Made by a program: the position numbers and the translations under genes
The notes under the pieces: generated by a model
The model's database searches: none
The model's input: the letters and a program-made list of their open reading frames with translations, nothing else
Told to the model about the DNA's origin: nothing
Part shown: positions 1-10,697 of the stretch, one piece after another
Numbering within the stretch: position 1 is the stretch's first letter
Layout: each line of letters starts with the position of its first letter
NCBI GenBank assembly: GCA_016927065.1
Contig: JAFGNJ010000028.1
Span: 5,165-69,164, forward strand
Origin: Deltaproteobacteria bacterium
GTDB lineage: Bacteria > Desulfobacterota > B13-G15 > RBG-16-54-18
Length of the DNA stretch: 64,000 nt
Direction of reading: 5' to 3'

Positions 1-1
1 A

Positions 2-835
2 ACAGGGGTGGGGAAATCGGGGATCATTGGTCAAAAGATCGCCTCAACGCTGGCCAGCACCGGCACCCCCGCCTTTTTCCTGCACCCTACCGAAGGGATA
101 CACGGCGACCTCGGCATGCTGGACAAAAAGGACATCGTCGTGGCCATCTCCAATAGCGGAGAGACGGATGAGCTCTCACAGATCCTCCCACTTATTAAGC
201 GATATGGAAACAAACTGATTGTCCTCACCGGAGGGGCCACATCGACCCTGGCCCGGTCCGGGGACGTAGTATTGGATGTGAGCGTCCAGGAAGAGGCTTG
301 CCCCCTGGGGTTGGCCCCTACGGCCAGCACGACCGTCACCCTGGCCATGGGGGACGCCCTGGCGGTCGCCCTCCTGGAGAAGAGGGGTTTTAAAAAGGAG
401 GACTTTGCTCTCCGACACCCGGGAGGAAAACTGGGCAAGCGGCTCCTGCTCACGGTGAGCGACCTGATGCACGTGGGTGAGGAACTCCCCACGGTATTTG
501 AGGATACCTCGATGAAGGAAGCGGTCGTGGAGATCACCTCTAAGCGGCTGGGGGTAACGGGGGTCTTAAACAAACAAAAAGAATTGATGGGGGTGATTAC
601 TGATGGAGACCTGCGCCGCGCCCTGGAGAATCACGGTAATCTTTTGGAGAAGAAGGCCGCGGAGATCATGACTAGGAACCCCAAGTGGATCGAGGCCGAC
701 ACCCTCGCCGCCGAGGCAGTTCAGCACATGGAGGAATACGCCATCACCTCCCTCTTTGTCTTCGACAAGGCCGGGGACAGGGTTCCGCGGGGGATCATCC
801 ACCTCCATGATCTCCTCAAGGCCGGGGTGGTCTGA
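2..835 (+). CDS. kdsD: KpsF/GutQ arabinose-5-phosphate isomerase (SIS + CBS), 5' partial
   Basis: Frame open from window edge (TGVGKSG); HGDLG, SNSGET, APTASTT, HPGGKLG motifs; tandem CBS domains; precedes kdsC-lpt. Confidence 0.95.
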   Translation, partial: TGVGKSGIIGQKIASTLASTGTPAFFLHPTEGIHGDLGMLDKKDIVVAISNSGETDELSQILPLIKRYGNKLIVLTGGATSTLARSGDVVLDVSVQEEACPLGLAPTASTTVTLAMGDALAVALLEKRGFKKEDFALRHPGGKLGKRLLLTVSDLMHVGEELPTVFEDTSMKEAVVEITSKRLGVTGVLNKQKELMGVITDGDLRRALENHGNLLEKKAAEIMTRNPKWIEADTLAAEAVQHMEEYAITSLFVFDKAGDRVPRGIIHLHDLLKAGVV

Positions 836-836
836 G

Positions 837-1373
837 ATGGCTGGAGCCATCACCAAACAGATACGGAAGCGGGCGGCGCGGGTGAGGCTCTTGGTCCTCG
901 ATGTCGATGGGGTGTTGACCGATGGAAGGATTATCATGGATCATGAGGGGAGAGAAATCAAGGCCTTCGATGTGCGGGACGGACACGGCATCAAACTCCT
1001 CAGAGAGGCGGGAACCGAAGTGGCGGTGCTGACGGGAAGGAGTTCAACGGTGGTCCAGCACAGGGCCGATGATCTGGGCATCCCTTGGGTACAACAGGGG
1101 GTCAACGATAAGGTAAAGGCCTATCAGGAGATAGCTCGCGCGGTGGGGATCAAGGATGAAGAGACCTGTTTTGTCGGCGATGATGTGGTGGATATTCCAC
1201 TCTTGAAACGGGTGGGTCTACCCGTCGTGGTAGCCGATGGCGTGCACGAGGCGAAGCAGTGCGCCCTCTATATCACCCAATCCCCCGGCGGGAGGGGGGC
1301 GGTGCGAGAGGTGTGCGACCTCCTCTTGCAGGCCCAGGATAAATGGGATGAGATCATGAGGAGGTATGCATGA
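837..1373 (+). CDS. kdsC: 3-deoxy-D-manno-octulosonate 8-phosphate phosphatase (HAD)
   Basis: DVDGVLTDG HAD motif I, GDDVVD, GGRGAVREVC; ATG at 837 just after kdsD stop. Confidence 0.95.
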   Translation: MAGAITKQIRKRAARVRLLVLDVDGVLTDGRIIMDHEGREIKAFDVRDGHGIKLLREAGTEVAVLTGRSSTVVQHRADDLGIPWVQQGVNDKVKAYQEIARAVGIKDEETCFVGDDVVDIPLLKRVGLPVVVADGVHEAKQCALYITQSPGGRGAVREVCDLLLQAQDKWDEIMRRYA

Positions 1374-1921
1374 AGCTATCCAAGCTGGTTATCCTTATCT
1401 GCATGGGGGTTGTCCTCTCAGCAATCGGGGTTTATCTTCTCTTTGGAGAGGGGGATGATAACGAATTGATCATGCCTGAGGTGAAAGACGCGGCCGAAAG
1501 AACCGCTGACCTCACCATTGAGGACATTCACTACGTGGAGACGAAGGGGGAAAAGAAAGCGTGGGAGTTGAGGGCGAAGACCGGGCAGCATTTTCGCGAA
1601 GCCGACTACACCACCCTTGAAGACCTGACGGTTACCTTCTACGCCGAGGGGGGACGCATCATCACCTTGAAGGGCAACAAGGGATCTGTAAAGGGTAGGG
1701 AAGAGATTGAGGTGTCCGGAGATGTGGTTATTACTTCGAGTGATGGGTATCGTGTTATCGCCGACTCCCTTCACTATAGCGATGAGGCGCAGCAGATTGT
1801 TACCGACGGTCCCGTCACGCTTGAGGGTAAGGGGGTGCAGGTGAAGGGGGTGGGTGCCGTGGTCGATTTGCAAACGAAGAGAGTCTCTATATTAAGAAAG
1901 GTCCAGACGGTGATCAAATGA
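1370..1921 (+). CDS. lptC: LPS export periplasmic protein LptC
   Basis: N-terminal TM helix, beta-rich body with WELRA; position between kdsC and lptA. Confidence 0.85.
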   Translation: MKLSKLVILICMGVVLSAIGVYLLFGEGDDNELIMPEVKDAAERTADLTIEDIHYVETKGEKKAWELRAKTGQHFREADYTTLEDLTVTFYAEGGRIITLKGNKGSVKGREEIEVSGDVVITSSDGYRVIADSLHYSDEAQQIVTDGPVTLEGKGVQVKGVGAVVDLQTKRVSILRKVQTVIK

Positions 1922-2415
1922 TGAAAAGGTTTACGTATACAATCGCTGTTCTTATTATAGGGCTGTTGGTGCACCCGGCCTCGGCCCAGGTGATGGAAGA
2001 ATTTAAGGGGAAGAAGAGCCCTGTCCATATTACTTCTCAACGCTTGGAGGCCGAGTATGAGAAAAAACTCATTACCTTTATCGGTGATGTTGTGGCACGG
2101 CAAGAGGAGTTCACACTCTATGCCGACCGTCTTCTACTCTTTCTCGCCGATAACATGGATGACATCGACAAGATCGTGGCTCGGGGTAATGTGCATATGG
2201 AGCAGGGAACTAGAAAGGCCACGTGCCGGGAGGCCATTTATTACCACAGGGAAGGAAGACTTGTATTACAGGGGGAACCAGTGGTGAGAGAAGGTGACAA
2301 CTGGGTTAAGGGTAAGCGAATTATCTACTACATCGAAGAACAGAAGAGCGTGGCCGAGGGTGAGGGAACGGAACGAGTGTCTGTTACCATCACCCCCCGT
2401 GAGGTGAAGGAATGA
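1918..2415 (+). CDS. lptA: LPS transport periplasmic protein LptA
   Basis: Signal peptide; OstA-like motifs (PVHITS, FIGDVVARQ, ARGNV, LQGEP); upstream of lptB. Confidence 0.9.
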   Translation: MMKRFTYTIAVLIIGLLVHPASAQVMEEFKGKKSPVHITSQRLEAEYEKKLITFIGDVVARQEEFTLYADRLLLFLADNMDDIDKIVARGNVHMEQGTRKATCREAIYYHREGRLVLQGEPVVREGDNWVKGKRIIYYIEEQKSVAEGEGTERVSVTITPREVKE

Positions 2416-3197
2416 AAGTTCAGAGCAGACAAACCCTGGAGACCTTCGATCTCACCAAGGCCTATAATGGTAGGGTAGTCGTAGACAGGGTGAACCTGAA
2501 AATCCAAGCAGGCGAGGTAGTGGGCTTATTGGGTCCCAACGGGGCCGGGAAGACTACCACCTTTTATATGATCATCGGTTTGATCAGGCCAGATCGAGGG
2601 AAGGTATTGTTTAATGGGGAAGACATTAGGACGCTCCCCATGTACCAACGTGCCAGACGAGGGATTACCTACCTGCCACAAGAGCCCTCGGTTTTCAGAA
2701 AATTGACCGTTGAGGAAAACATTTTGGCCATATTGGAAACGTTGAATATCGCCCGGGAGGAGAAGGTGCAGCGGCTCCAAAGTCTCTTGAAAGAGCTCAA
2801 TATCGCGCACCTGGCCCAGAATAAGGCCTACTCGCTTTCGGGGGGGGAACGACGCAGGGTGGAGATTACAAGGGCCCTTGTTTTATCACCTTCACTGATC
2901 CTCCTTGATGAACCATTTGCGGGGATTGATCCTTTGGCGGTCATCGATATTCAAAAAATCATCCATCAACTCAAGCAAAAAGGCATTGGCGTGATTGTCA
3001 CCGATCACAATGTCCGAGAGACACTGCATGTGTGTGATCGGGCGTATATATTAAATGAGGGAAAAATATTGGAGACGGGTACCCCGAAGAAGATCGCGGC
3101 CAGTCAGAAGGCCCGTGAGATATACCTCGGGGAGCACTTTAAATTGGAACGAAGGGGGCGCGGGAAAAAACGGGAGAGCCCCCCAGCGGCTCAGTAG
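2412..3197 (+). CDS. lptB: LPS export ABC ATPase LptB
   Basis: GPNGAGKTT, YLPQEPSVF, LSGGERRR, LLDEPFAGIDP, TDHNVRETL, YLGE. Confidence 0.97.
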   Translation: MKVQSRQTLETFDLTKAYNGRVVVDRVNLKIQAGEVVGLLGPNGAGKTTTFYMIIGLIRPDRGKVLFNGEDIRTLPMYQRARRGITYLPQEPSVFRKLTVEENILAILETLNIAREEKVQRLQSLLKELNIAHLAQNKAYSLSGGERRRVEITRALVLSPSLILLDEPFAGIDPLAVIDIQKIIHQLKQKGIGVIVTDHNVRETLHVCDRAYILNEGKILETGTPKKIAASQKAREIYLGEHFKLERRGRGKKRESPPAAQ

Positions 3198-3208
3198 AGG
3201 TAAGAACG

Positions 3209-4630
3209 ATGGCCATGGAGATTAAACAAGATCTCAGGTTGACTCAACAGCTGGTCATGACCCCCCAACTGCAGCAGGCCATCAAGCTGTTGCAACTCTC
3301 TCGGATGGAACTCCAGGAGATCATCGAGCAGGAGATCAAAGAAAATCCCGTACTTGAAGAGGATGCTGGCCTGGAGGAAAAGACCGGCCTGGAAGAGCGA
3401 GAGCAACAGGAGACCGCCGCCGAGGTTGATGCCGAGGTCGATGCTGTTGAATCCATCAAAGATTACGATTGGGAAACATATATGGAAGGCCACGGTATGA
3501 CCAGCTATTCCTCGCAGCGGACCGATGGAGAAGAAACCCCATGGGAGAACTTCGTTACCCGCCAGGTCACGCTTGCCGATTATTTGCTGTGGCAGCTGAG
3601 GATGAGCCCCGCGACCTCTCACGAGCAGGAAATCGGTGCCGTTATCATCGGCAATATCGACGAGAATGGTTATCTTCAGGGATCTTTGGAAGATGTCTGT
3701 AGGGAGTCGGAGGTTTCTACAACAGGTGCAGAGGCCGTGCTTAAGCTCATCCAGTCTTTTGATCCTCCGGGGGTAGGGGCACGAGATCTACAAGAATGTC
3801 TTCTTATCCAGCTTGAAAATCTGCCCGAGAAAGATTCTTTAGCTGAAGAGATTGTGAAACAGCACCTTGCATACTGCAAAAAGAGAGACTACCAGGTGTT
3901 GGCCAGGAAGTTAAAGGTCTCTCTCGCTCAGGTCTTAGAGGCCGTTGAGATCATATCTCATCTTGATCCCAAACCAGGACGTCCCTTTAGTTCAGAAGTG
4001 GCGAGGGTTATTATTCCCGACGTCTACATCTCTAAGGTGGAAGGGGACTATGTGGTTTTCTTAAATGATGATGGTTTGCCTAAACTGCGCATCAATAGCT
4101 ATTATCGTGAACTCATCGATACCAAGAAGGATAATGTTCCCCGTGGGTATCTCAAGGAAAAGATGAAATCGGCGCTGTGGCTCATCAGGAGTATCCAGCA
4201 GAGGCAGATGACACTGTATAAGGTCACGAAAAGCATCGTCAAGTTTCAAAGGGACTTTCTCGAAGACGGGATTGATTGTTTGAAACCGTTGGTGTTACGT
4301 GAGGTGGCTGATGACATCCAGATGCATGAGTCCACCGTGAGTCGCGTTACGACGAATAAATATGCCCATACGCCGCAAGGCATCTATGAGCTGAAGTTTT
4401 TCTTTAGCGGCAAGGTTGGAGGGTTTGGTGAGGAGGTAGCAGTTAAGCGGGTGCAAAACCTGATCAAACAGGTCATTGGGGAAGAGGACTGCCGTAGGCC
4501 CTATAGCGACGAAAAGATATGTCAGCTGTTAAAAGAGAGGCACCATATCACCATAGCCCGTCGAACGGTGGCCAAGTATCGAGAGATGATGAAAATCCTC
4601 TCTTCCAGTGATAGGAAAAAGGTCATGTAG
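3209..4630 (+). CDS. rpoN: RNA polymerase sigma-54 factor
   Basis: MTPQLQQAIKLLQL region I, HESTVSRVT HTH, RpoN box ARRTVAKYRE. Confidence 0.98.
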   Translation: MAMEIKQDLRLTQQLVMTPQLQQAIKLLQLSRMELQEIIEQEIKENPVLEEDAGLEEKTGLEEREQQETAAEVDAEVDAVESIKDYDWETYMEGHGMTSYSSQRTDGEETPWENFVTRQVTLADYLLWQLRMSPATSHEQEIGAVIIGNIDENGYLQGSLEDVCRESEVSTTGAEAVLKLIQSFDPPGVGARDLQECLLIQLENLPEKDSLAEEIVKQHLAYCKKRDYQVLARKLKVSLAQVLEAVEIISHLDPKPGRPFSSEVARVIIPDVYISKVEGDYVVFLNDDGLPKLRINSYYRELIDTKKDNVPRGYLKEKMKSALWLIRSIQQRQMTLYKVTKSIVKFQRDFLEDGIDCLKPLVLREVADDIQMHESTVSRVTTNKYAHTPQGIYELKFFFSGKVGGFGEEVAVKRVQNLIKQVIGEEDCRRPYSDEKICQLLKERHHITIARRTVAKYREMMKILSSSDRKKVM

Positions 4631-4652
4631 TCCTGGAAGCAGGGCTATATCC

Positions 4653-4681
4653 TTGACAACTCTTTTTGCTTTAGTTAAGAT
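4653..4681 (+). promoter_or_regulatory. sigma70-type promoter for hpf-PTS genes
   Basis: TTGACA (4653-4658), 17-nt spacer, TAAGAT (4676-4681). Confidence 0.7.
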
Positions 4682-4727
4682 TCAAAATTTCATATGAAAT
4701 GACGAAACCTAATGAACGGAGGAATAG

Positions 4728-5042
4728 ATGCAAATAAACATAACCTTTAGGCACATGGAGCCTGTCAACCCCTTAAAAAACTACATCGAGGAGAGACTCC
4801 AAAAGATAAAAAAGTATCTTCATGAACCCGTCGAAGCCCATGTTGTCCTCTCAACGGAAAAATTCAGACATATAATAGAGGTGAATATCATGGCTGGTAA
4901 CGGGACCACCATACACGGGATGAAAAGTATGGAGGATGTCCATGCTGCCATCGACGGTGTCGTGGACAAGATAGAGCGTCAGATTAAGAAGCAATTGGAC
5001 AAATCAAAACATCCGAAGAGAAAGCAGTTAAAGTCACCGTGA
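4728..5042 (+). CDS. hpf: Ribosome hibernation promoting factor HPF/RaiA (short form)
   Basis: MQINITFRHME...AIDGVVDKIERQIKK S30AE signature; GGAGG SD; follows rpoN. Confidence 0.92.
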   Translation: MQINITFRHMEPVNPLKNYIEERLQKIKKYLHEPVEAHVVLSTEKFRHIIEVNIMAGNGTTIHGMKSMEDVHAAIDGVVDKIERQIKKQLDKSKHPKRKQLKSP

Positions 5043-5055
5043 ACGTGGTGAGGCT

Positions 5056-5526
5056 ATGAAAATAACCGACATATTAGACGCAAACTCCGTTATTGAGGAA
5101 CTCAACTCCCAGGATAAGAAGGGAGCGTTGGAAGAGTTGGTTGCTATTTTGGTTGAAAACAGCAGACTGTCGGAGCAAGAGGACCCCGTACAGATCCTTT
5201 TGGAGAGAGAGCGATTAGGCAGCACGGGCATTGGGGATGGTATCGCCATACCCCACGGCAAGCTAAGAGAAATCAACACAATTCTCTGCTCTTTTGGTCG
5301 AAGCAGCAAAGGTATTAATTTTCAGGCTATCGATGAAAAGCCAACTCATCTCTTTTTCTTGCTGCTTGCTCCTGAAGATAGTGCCGGCGAGCACCTCCAA
5401 GCCTTGGCCAGATTGTCGCGACTGTTAAAGGATGTCCGATTTAGGAAGCGTTTGATGGAGGCCACTACCAAGGAAGAGATATACCGACTCATCGTGGAAG
5501 AAGACGAACACTACGAGCTACCATAG
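5056..5526 (+). CDS. ptsN: PTS EIIA nitrogen-regulatory protein
   Basis: RERLGSTGIGDGIAIPHG with phospho-His; HLQALARLSRLL. Confidence 0.93.
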   Translation: MKITDILDANSVIEELNSQDKKGALEELVAILVENSRLSEQEDPVQILLERERLGSTGIGDGIAIPHGKLREINTILCSFGRSSKGINFQAIDEKPTHLFFLLLAPEDSAGEHLQALARLSRLLKDVRFRKRLMEATTKEEIYRLIVEEDEHYELP

Positions 5527-5535
5527 AGGAGTGAC

Positions 5536-6078
5536 ATGAAGCGGGACAAACCCCTCCGTATCAGTCTGCATGGTGTCTTACTTGATGTACTCGGGGTGGG
5601 GGTTCTCATTTTGGGCAAGAGCGGTGTCGGCAAAACAGAGTGCGCCCTTGACCTCGTCATACGTGGCCATCGCCTCGTGGTTGATGATCTTATCCAAATA
5701 GAAAAGGGTCATGAGGGGGGACTCTATGGCTTCAGTCATGAACTGGGACGGCATCACATGGAGATCAGGGGTTTGGGCATTATTGACATTGAGAAGCTTT
5801 TCGGTATATCAGCCACCAGTGAAAAAAAGCAGGTTGAACTTGTCATTGAACTGATAGAATCTGAGAAGTATATCAAAGACCGCGTGGGGCTGGACGAGGA
5901 AACTACTACTATTATGGAAGTAGAGGTTCCCTACAAGCGGATTCCCGTGAGGGCGGGTAGAAACCTGAGCGCGATCGTAGAAGTGGCTGTCAGAGATTTT
6001 CTCCTTAAGAAAAGGGGATATCATGCAGCCAGGGAGTTCGAGCAAGAACTTCTTAAGAGCCTTAACAAGAAAAGTTAG
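5536..6078 (+). CDS. hprK: HPr kinase/phosphorylase, lacking N-terminal domain
   Basis: HGVLLDV, Walker A GKSGVGKTE, LVVDD, EIRGLGII signature, IPVRAGRNL; only 180 aa. Confidence 0.9.
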   Translation: MKRDKPLRISLHGVLLDVLGVGVLILGKSGVGKTECALDLVIRGHRLVVDDLIQIEKGHEGGLYGFSHELGRHHMEIRGLGIIDIEKLFGISATSEKKQVELVIELIESEKYIKDRVGLDEETTTIMEVEVPYKRIPVRAGRNLSAIVEVAVRDFLLKKRGYHAAREFEQELLKSLNKKS

Positions 6079-6168
6079 CATGTAAATCTTAGGCGTATCC
6101 TAAAACGGGACGGTACTTTGCAGGAAGGGGCTTATGGTGTTCCTCCACGGAGGTTGACAGAATAAGGC

Positions 6169-7038
6169 GTGAAACCGCTGCAGATCACAATCATTAGCGG
6201 CCTTTCGGGGTCGGGAAAATCTACGGTGGTGAGGACGTTGGAGGATAACGGATTCTATTGCATAGATAATATGCCGGCAACGCTTATCCCTACCTTTGTC
6301 GAACTCTGTCAACATTCCATGAGAGAGGTTTCAAAGGTGGCCATTGTGGTGGACATTAGGGGAAAGGAGTTTTTGGAGGATTTTCAAAAACGTGTCCAGG
6401 CCCTCCGTGAAGGAGGTCATACGGTAGTAATACTCTTCCTCGAATCGAAGGACGACGTGCTTATCAGACGCTACAGCGAGACCAGACGTAGTCACCCCGT
6501 GGGGAAGGAGCGAGGGCTCTCTCTCTCTGAAGCCGTTAAAGAAGAACGAGGGGAAATGGCCTTTTTAAGAGAGATCGCTGATGAAGTCATTGATACATCT
6601 GATCTCAACGTCCATCAGCTTCGGGATAGTATCAGGGAACGTCTGACGGCCTCCCCTGCCAAACAGATGAAGACAACCCTTCTCTCCTTCGGCTACAGTT
6701 ACGGGTTACCACCAGAGGCCGACATCGTCATGGATGTTCGTCTGCTCCCTAACCCCTTTTTTGTCCGGGAGCTTCGAGGGTTCACCGGCAAGGATAAGAA
6801 GGTAAGAGACTACGTCCTGAAACAGGAGGAGACCGGCACCTTTCTTCAACGGTTCAGTGAAATGATAGAATACTTGATTCCTTTGTATGAAAAGGAAGGG
6901 AAGTCTTATTTGACCATTGCCATCGGCTGCACAGGGGGGAAACACCGTTCGGTGGTAATCGCTGAACACTTTGCTGCCACATTGGAGCAGCGGGGTAAGA
7001 AGGTCACGGTAAGACACCGTGATATAGAGAGAGGTTGA
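6169..7038 (+). CDS. rapZ: RNase adapter RapZ/YvcJ family P-loop protein
   Basis: SGLSGSGKS, CIDN, RYSETRRSHP, SFGY, DVRLLPNP, GCTGGKHRSV. Confidence 0.95.
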   Translation: MKPLQITIISGLSGSGKSTVVRTLEDNGFYCIDNMPATLIPTFVELCQHSMREVSKVAIVVDIRGKEFLEDFQKRVQALREGGHTVVILFLESKDDVLIRRYSETRRSHPVGKERGLSLSEAVKEERGEMAFLREIADEVIDTSDLNVHQLRDSIRERLTASPAKQMKTTLLSFGYSYGLPPEADIVMDVRLLPNPFFVRELRGFTGKDKKVRDYVLKQEETGTFLQRFSEMIEYLIPLYEKEGKSYLTIAIGCTGGKHRSVVIAEHFAATLEQRGKKVTVRHRDIERG

Positions 7039-7039
7039 C

Positions 7040-7468
7040 ATGAATAAAATGATTGGGGTTGTAATCGTCACGCATTCTGCCTTGGCAGATGAGTTTCTCT
7101 TGGCTACCCAACAGATCGTCGGTACGGTAGAGGGGATAGAACCTATTTCCATTGATCCTTCCGATCCTATAGAAGAAGTGGAAAAAAGGATCAAAAAGGG
7201 AATCAAGAAAGTGGATATGGGTATTGGGGTTTTGGTCTTGACCGACATGTTCGGCGGCACCCCCTCCAATATCAGCCTCTCCTTTCAGGAGAAGGGAAAG
7301 GTGGAGATCGTGACAGGAGTCAACCTTCCGATGCTGATCAAGCTCTCCACCATGCGGGAGGAAAAGACACTTGAAGAGTTGGCTACCTTCATCAAATTGT
7401 ATGGGCAAAAGAATATACACTTAGCGAGTGAGATCTTAGAGAGAAATGCAGGGAGTGAAAAGCAATAG
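7040..7468 (+). CDS. PTS EIIA mannose-family protein
   Basis: IVTH phospho-His, TDMFGGTPSN, GVNLPMLI. Confidence 0.92.
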   Translation: MNKMIGVVIVTHSALADEFLLATQQIVGTVEGIEPISIDPSDPIEEVEKRIKKGIKKVDMGIGVLVLTDMFGGTPSNISLSFQEKGKVEIVTGVNLPMLIKLSTMREEKTLEELATFIKLYGQKNIHLASEILERNAGSEKQ

Positions 7469-7776
7469 TGGCGCAGTTCGAGGAACGAACATTTACTATT
7501 AAAAACAAGCTAGGTCTCCATGCCCGTGCAGCCAATATTGTCGTCCAGGTAGCCAGCAACTATGAGTGCACTATTACATTTGAAAAGGATGGAATTGAGG
7601 CCAACGCGAAGAGCATAATGGGTCTCTTGTTGCTCGCTGCGGCTCATGGTTCAAAGATAGTGATTAAGGCCGCGGGAAGGGATTGCAGAGAGGCCATTGA
7701 AGAAATAGGAAGACTGATCGAGGATAACTTTGGTGAAAAAGAGGACACAGTCCGCCAGCGAAGAAAAGATTCTTAA
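7468..7776 (+). CDS. ptsH: Phosphocarrier protein HPr
   Basis: GLHARAA (His15) and NAKSIMGL (Ser46). Confidence 0.95.
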   Translation: MAQFEERTFTIKNKLGLHARAANIVVQVASNYECTITFEKDGIEANAKSIMGLLLLAAAHGSKIVIKAAGRDCREAIEEIGRLIEDNFGEKEDTVRQRRKDS

Positions 7777-9517
7777 AGGGATTGGCGTTTCTCCAGGGAT
7801 CGTAATCGGGAAGGTTGCGCTCTTGGAGCGTGAACGCACAACGTTCATTCCCCGTAAGATAATAGCGGGACAGGTCTCTTCCGAAATCAGACGGTTCGAA
7901 GAGGCCATCGAGACATCGAAAAAACAGCTGGAGGAGATCAAACAGCGGGTCTTTGCAAAGGGGTTCAGGCAGTACTCCTACATCCTAGATGTCCATCTCA
8001 GAGTGATGGAAGATCGCATGCTGCACGGAGAAACCATCACGATGATCCGCGAGAAACTCGTGAATACGGAGTGGGCCCTCAAGGCTACTTTGGACAAGAT
8101 CTCCGAGGCCTTCGACGCCATCGAAGACGAATATCTAAAAGAAAGAAAAGAGGACATAAGGCACGTTGTAGAGAGGATTCAGAATAACCTCATGGGAGAG
8201 GGGCTTGGGACCATAGAAGATCTTGAGGAAGAAACGATTGTTGTAGCCCATGATCTCTCTCCCGCGGATACCATTCAATTAAACCTCCAAAAGGTGATTG
8301 GCATCGCTACCGACGTAGGAGGCAAGACGTCGCATACTGCCATTGTCTCTCGTTCGCTTGAGATCCCGGCTGTTGTGGGCCTTGCAGAAGTCACGTCCTA
8401 TGTAACCGGCGGCGAAACGATCATCATTGACGGGGGTGAAGGAATAGTCATTGTCGCCCCCTCACCCGCAACAAAAAAGACGTATCAACTCAAGCAGCGG
8501 CACTACCGCTATCTCGAACGTGAACTCCTCAAATACTCGACCCTGAGGGCTGAAACACAGGACGGACACTACCTTACCTTGCAAGCAAACATAGAAATTC
8601 TTGAAGAAATTCCCTCGGTCATCCAGTACGGGGCCGAAGGTATAGGTTTGTACCGTACCGAATACCTCTATTTAAACAGAAAAACCATTCCGGATGAGGA
8701 GGAACACTTTCAGCTCTACAAACGACTGGTCGAGGAGATAGCCCCGTACTCCGCCACCATCAGGACCATCGATCTGGGAGGAGATAAATTCGCCTCTCAC
8801 ATCGAGCTGGCTGAGCAGATGAATCCGGCCATGGGGCTGCGGGCCATCCGATTTTGCCTCATGGAGCAGGATATTTTTAAGGCGCAGCTGCGAGGGATTC
8901 TACGGGCCAGTGCTTATGGCCAGGTCAAAATACTCCTGCCCATGATCTCAGGGGTGGAAGAGCTCCGAGAGGTAAAGGCTATTTGGGACGATGCTAAAGA
9001 TGAGCTTGCAAGCCGAGGCGTTGAATTCAAAGATGATATTCCCCTTGGGGTTATGATCGAGATCCCTTCCGCCGCCATCACCGCTGATATTCTCGCTCGC
9101 GAGGTCGATTTTTTCAGCATTGGGACGAATGATCTCATTCAGTACTCCCTTGCCATCGATCGGACAAACCAATATGTCTCATATCTCTATGAACCCCTTC
9201 ACCCCGCCATCGTGCGCCATATAAAAGGGGTGGTGGACTGCGCCCATAAGGCGGGGATCGAGGTGGGGATCTGTGGGGAGATGGCTGCCGATCCTCTCTA
9301 TACCCTGATTTTTTTGGGGTTGGGGCTCGATGAATTGAGCATGCATCCCATGGCCATACCCCGGATAAAAAAGGTCCTGCGGCGTTCCACCCGCACCGAT
9401 GGGGAGCACCTCTTGAAAGAGGTCTTGCAGTTTTCAACCGCTCGCGAAACCGAGTACTTTATCCGAAAAGAGATGGCCGAACGATTTCCAGAGGATTTTA
9501 TCCAATGTATGGAATAA
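7730..9517 (+). CDS. ptsI: PEP-protein phosphotransferase (Enzyme I)
   Basis: [45 protein letters not shown]; no N-terminal GAF domain. Confidence 0.97.
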   Translation: MVKKRTQSASEEKILKGIGVSPGIVIGKVALLERERTTFIPRKIIAGQVSSEIRRFEEAIETSKKQLEEIKQRVFAKGFRQYSYILDVHLRVMEDRMLHGETITMIREKLVNTEWALKATLDKISEAFDAIEDEYLKERKEDIRHVVERIQNNLMGEGLGTIEDLEEETIVVAHDLSPADTIQLNLQKVIGIATDVGGKTSHTAIVSRSLEIPAVVGLAEVTSYVTGGETIIIDGGEGIVIVAPSPATKKTYQLKQRHYRYLERELLKYSTLRAETQDGHYLTLQANIEILEEIPSVIQYGAEGIGLYRTEYLYLNRKTIPDEEEHFQLYKRLVEEIAPYSATIRTIDLGGDKFASHIELAEQMNPAMGLRAIRFCLMEQDIFKAQLRGILRASAYGQVKILLPMISGVEELREVKAIWDDAKDELASRGVEFKDDIPLGVMIEIPSAAITADILAREVDFFSIGTNDLIQYSLAIDRTNQYVSYLYEPLHPAIVRHIKGVVDCAHKAGIEVGICGEMAADPLYTLIFLGLGLDELSMHPMAIPRIKKVLRRSTRTDGEHLLKEVLQFSTARETEYFIRKEMAERFPEDFIQCME

Positions 9518-9539
9518 AAAGAGAAGGAGGAATAGGTAC

Positions 9540-10697
9540 ATGGCTATGACCAACTTTTTGTTTACCTCCGAGTCGGTAACGGAGGGGCACCCCGACAAGG
9601 TGGCCGATCAAGTATCAGACGCCATCCTCGATGCCATCATCAAAGAAGATCCCCGCGGGCGGGTCGCCTGTGAGTGTCTGGTGACCACCGGCCTCGCCCT
9701 TATTGCAGGGGAGATCACCACTGAGTGCTATGTGGAAATGCCGAAGATCGTTAGGGAGACCATCAAGGAGATCGGTTACAACGACTCTTCCATGGGCTTC
9801 GATTGGGAGACCTGCGCGATACTCACCTCTATCGATCAACAGTCTCCGGACATCGCCATGGGGGTCAACGGTGAGGAACAGGGGGCGGGCGACCAGGGGC
9901 TCATGGTCGGCTATGCATGCAATGAAACCCCCGAGCTGATGCCCATGTCCATCGACTTTGCCCACAAGCTTACCAAACGGCTGGCCTACGTCCGCAAGGC
10001 CGGGATCCTCGATTTCCTGCGCCCTGACGGCAAATCCCAGGTAACTGTTCAATATATCGAAGGAAAACCGAGGCGCGTGGACGCGGTCGTCATCGCCGCC
10101 CAGCACACCCCGGACGTAAAGTACGATGTTCTCAAGGAAGGGATCATTGAAGAGGTGATTAAGCACGTCATACCTGAGGAACTCAGGGATAAGGATACTA
10201 AATATTACATAAATACCACCGGCAGGTTCGTAACCGGTGGGCCGTTGGCCGACTGCGGGATGACGGGGCGAAAGATCATCGTCGACACCTACGGCGGGCG
10301 GGGGAGCCACGGCGGCGGCGCCTTCTCGGGGAAGGACCCGTCCAAGGTGGACCGCAGCAGCTCCTATATGGCCAGGCATGTGGCCAAGAATATTGTGGCC
10401 GCCGGCCTGGCGGAGACGTGCGAGATCCAGATCGCCTACACCATCGGCAAGGCCGAGCCCGTCTCCATCATGTTGGACACCAAGGGGACAGGGAAGATCC
10501 CGTCTGATAAGCTGGCCAAGATCGTGAATGAGTTGTTTGACCTCAGACCGGCACGGATCATCCAGTATCTGAACCTCCTGCGCCCTATCTTTCACAAGAC
10601 GGCTTGTTACGGGCACTTCGGCAGAAACGAGCCGGAGTTCACCTGGGAGCAGACGAACAGGGCGGATGAACTGAAAAAGGCAGCAGGCGGTAAATAA
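9540..10697 (+). CDS. metK: S-adenosylmethionine synthetase
   Basis: [46 protein letters not shown]. Confidence 0.98.
   Translation: MAMTNFLFTSESVTEGHPDKVADQVSDAILDAIIKEDPRGRVACECLVTTGLALIAGEITTECYVEMPKIVRETIKEIGYNDSSMGFDWETCAILTSIDQQSPDIAMGVNGEEQGAGDQGLMVGYACNETPELMPMSIDFAHKLTKRLAYVRKAGILDFLRPDGKSQVTVQYIEGKPRRVDAVVIAAQHTPDVKYDVLKEGIIEEVIKHVIPEELRDKDTKYYINTTGRFVTGGPLADCGMTGRKIIVDTYGGRGSHGGGAFSGKDPSKVDRSSSYMARHVAKNIVAAGLAETCEIQIAYTIGKAEPVSIMLDTKGTGKIPSDKLAKIVNELFDLRPARIIQYLNLLRPIFHKTACYGHFGRNEPEFTWEQTNRADELKKAAGGK

Noticed and set aside
7730-7776. 47-bp ptsH/ptsI overlap suggesting a frameshift or HPr-EI fusion
   Set aside because: Both proteins are complete and ptsI has its own SD and start; simple stop-codon drift explains it
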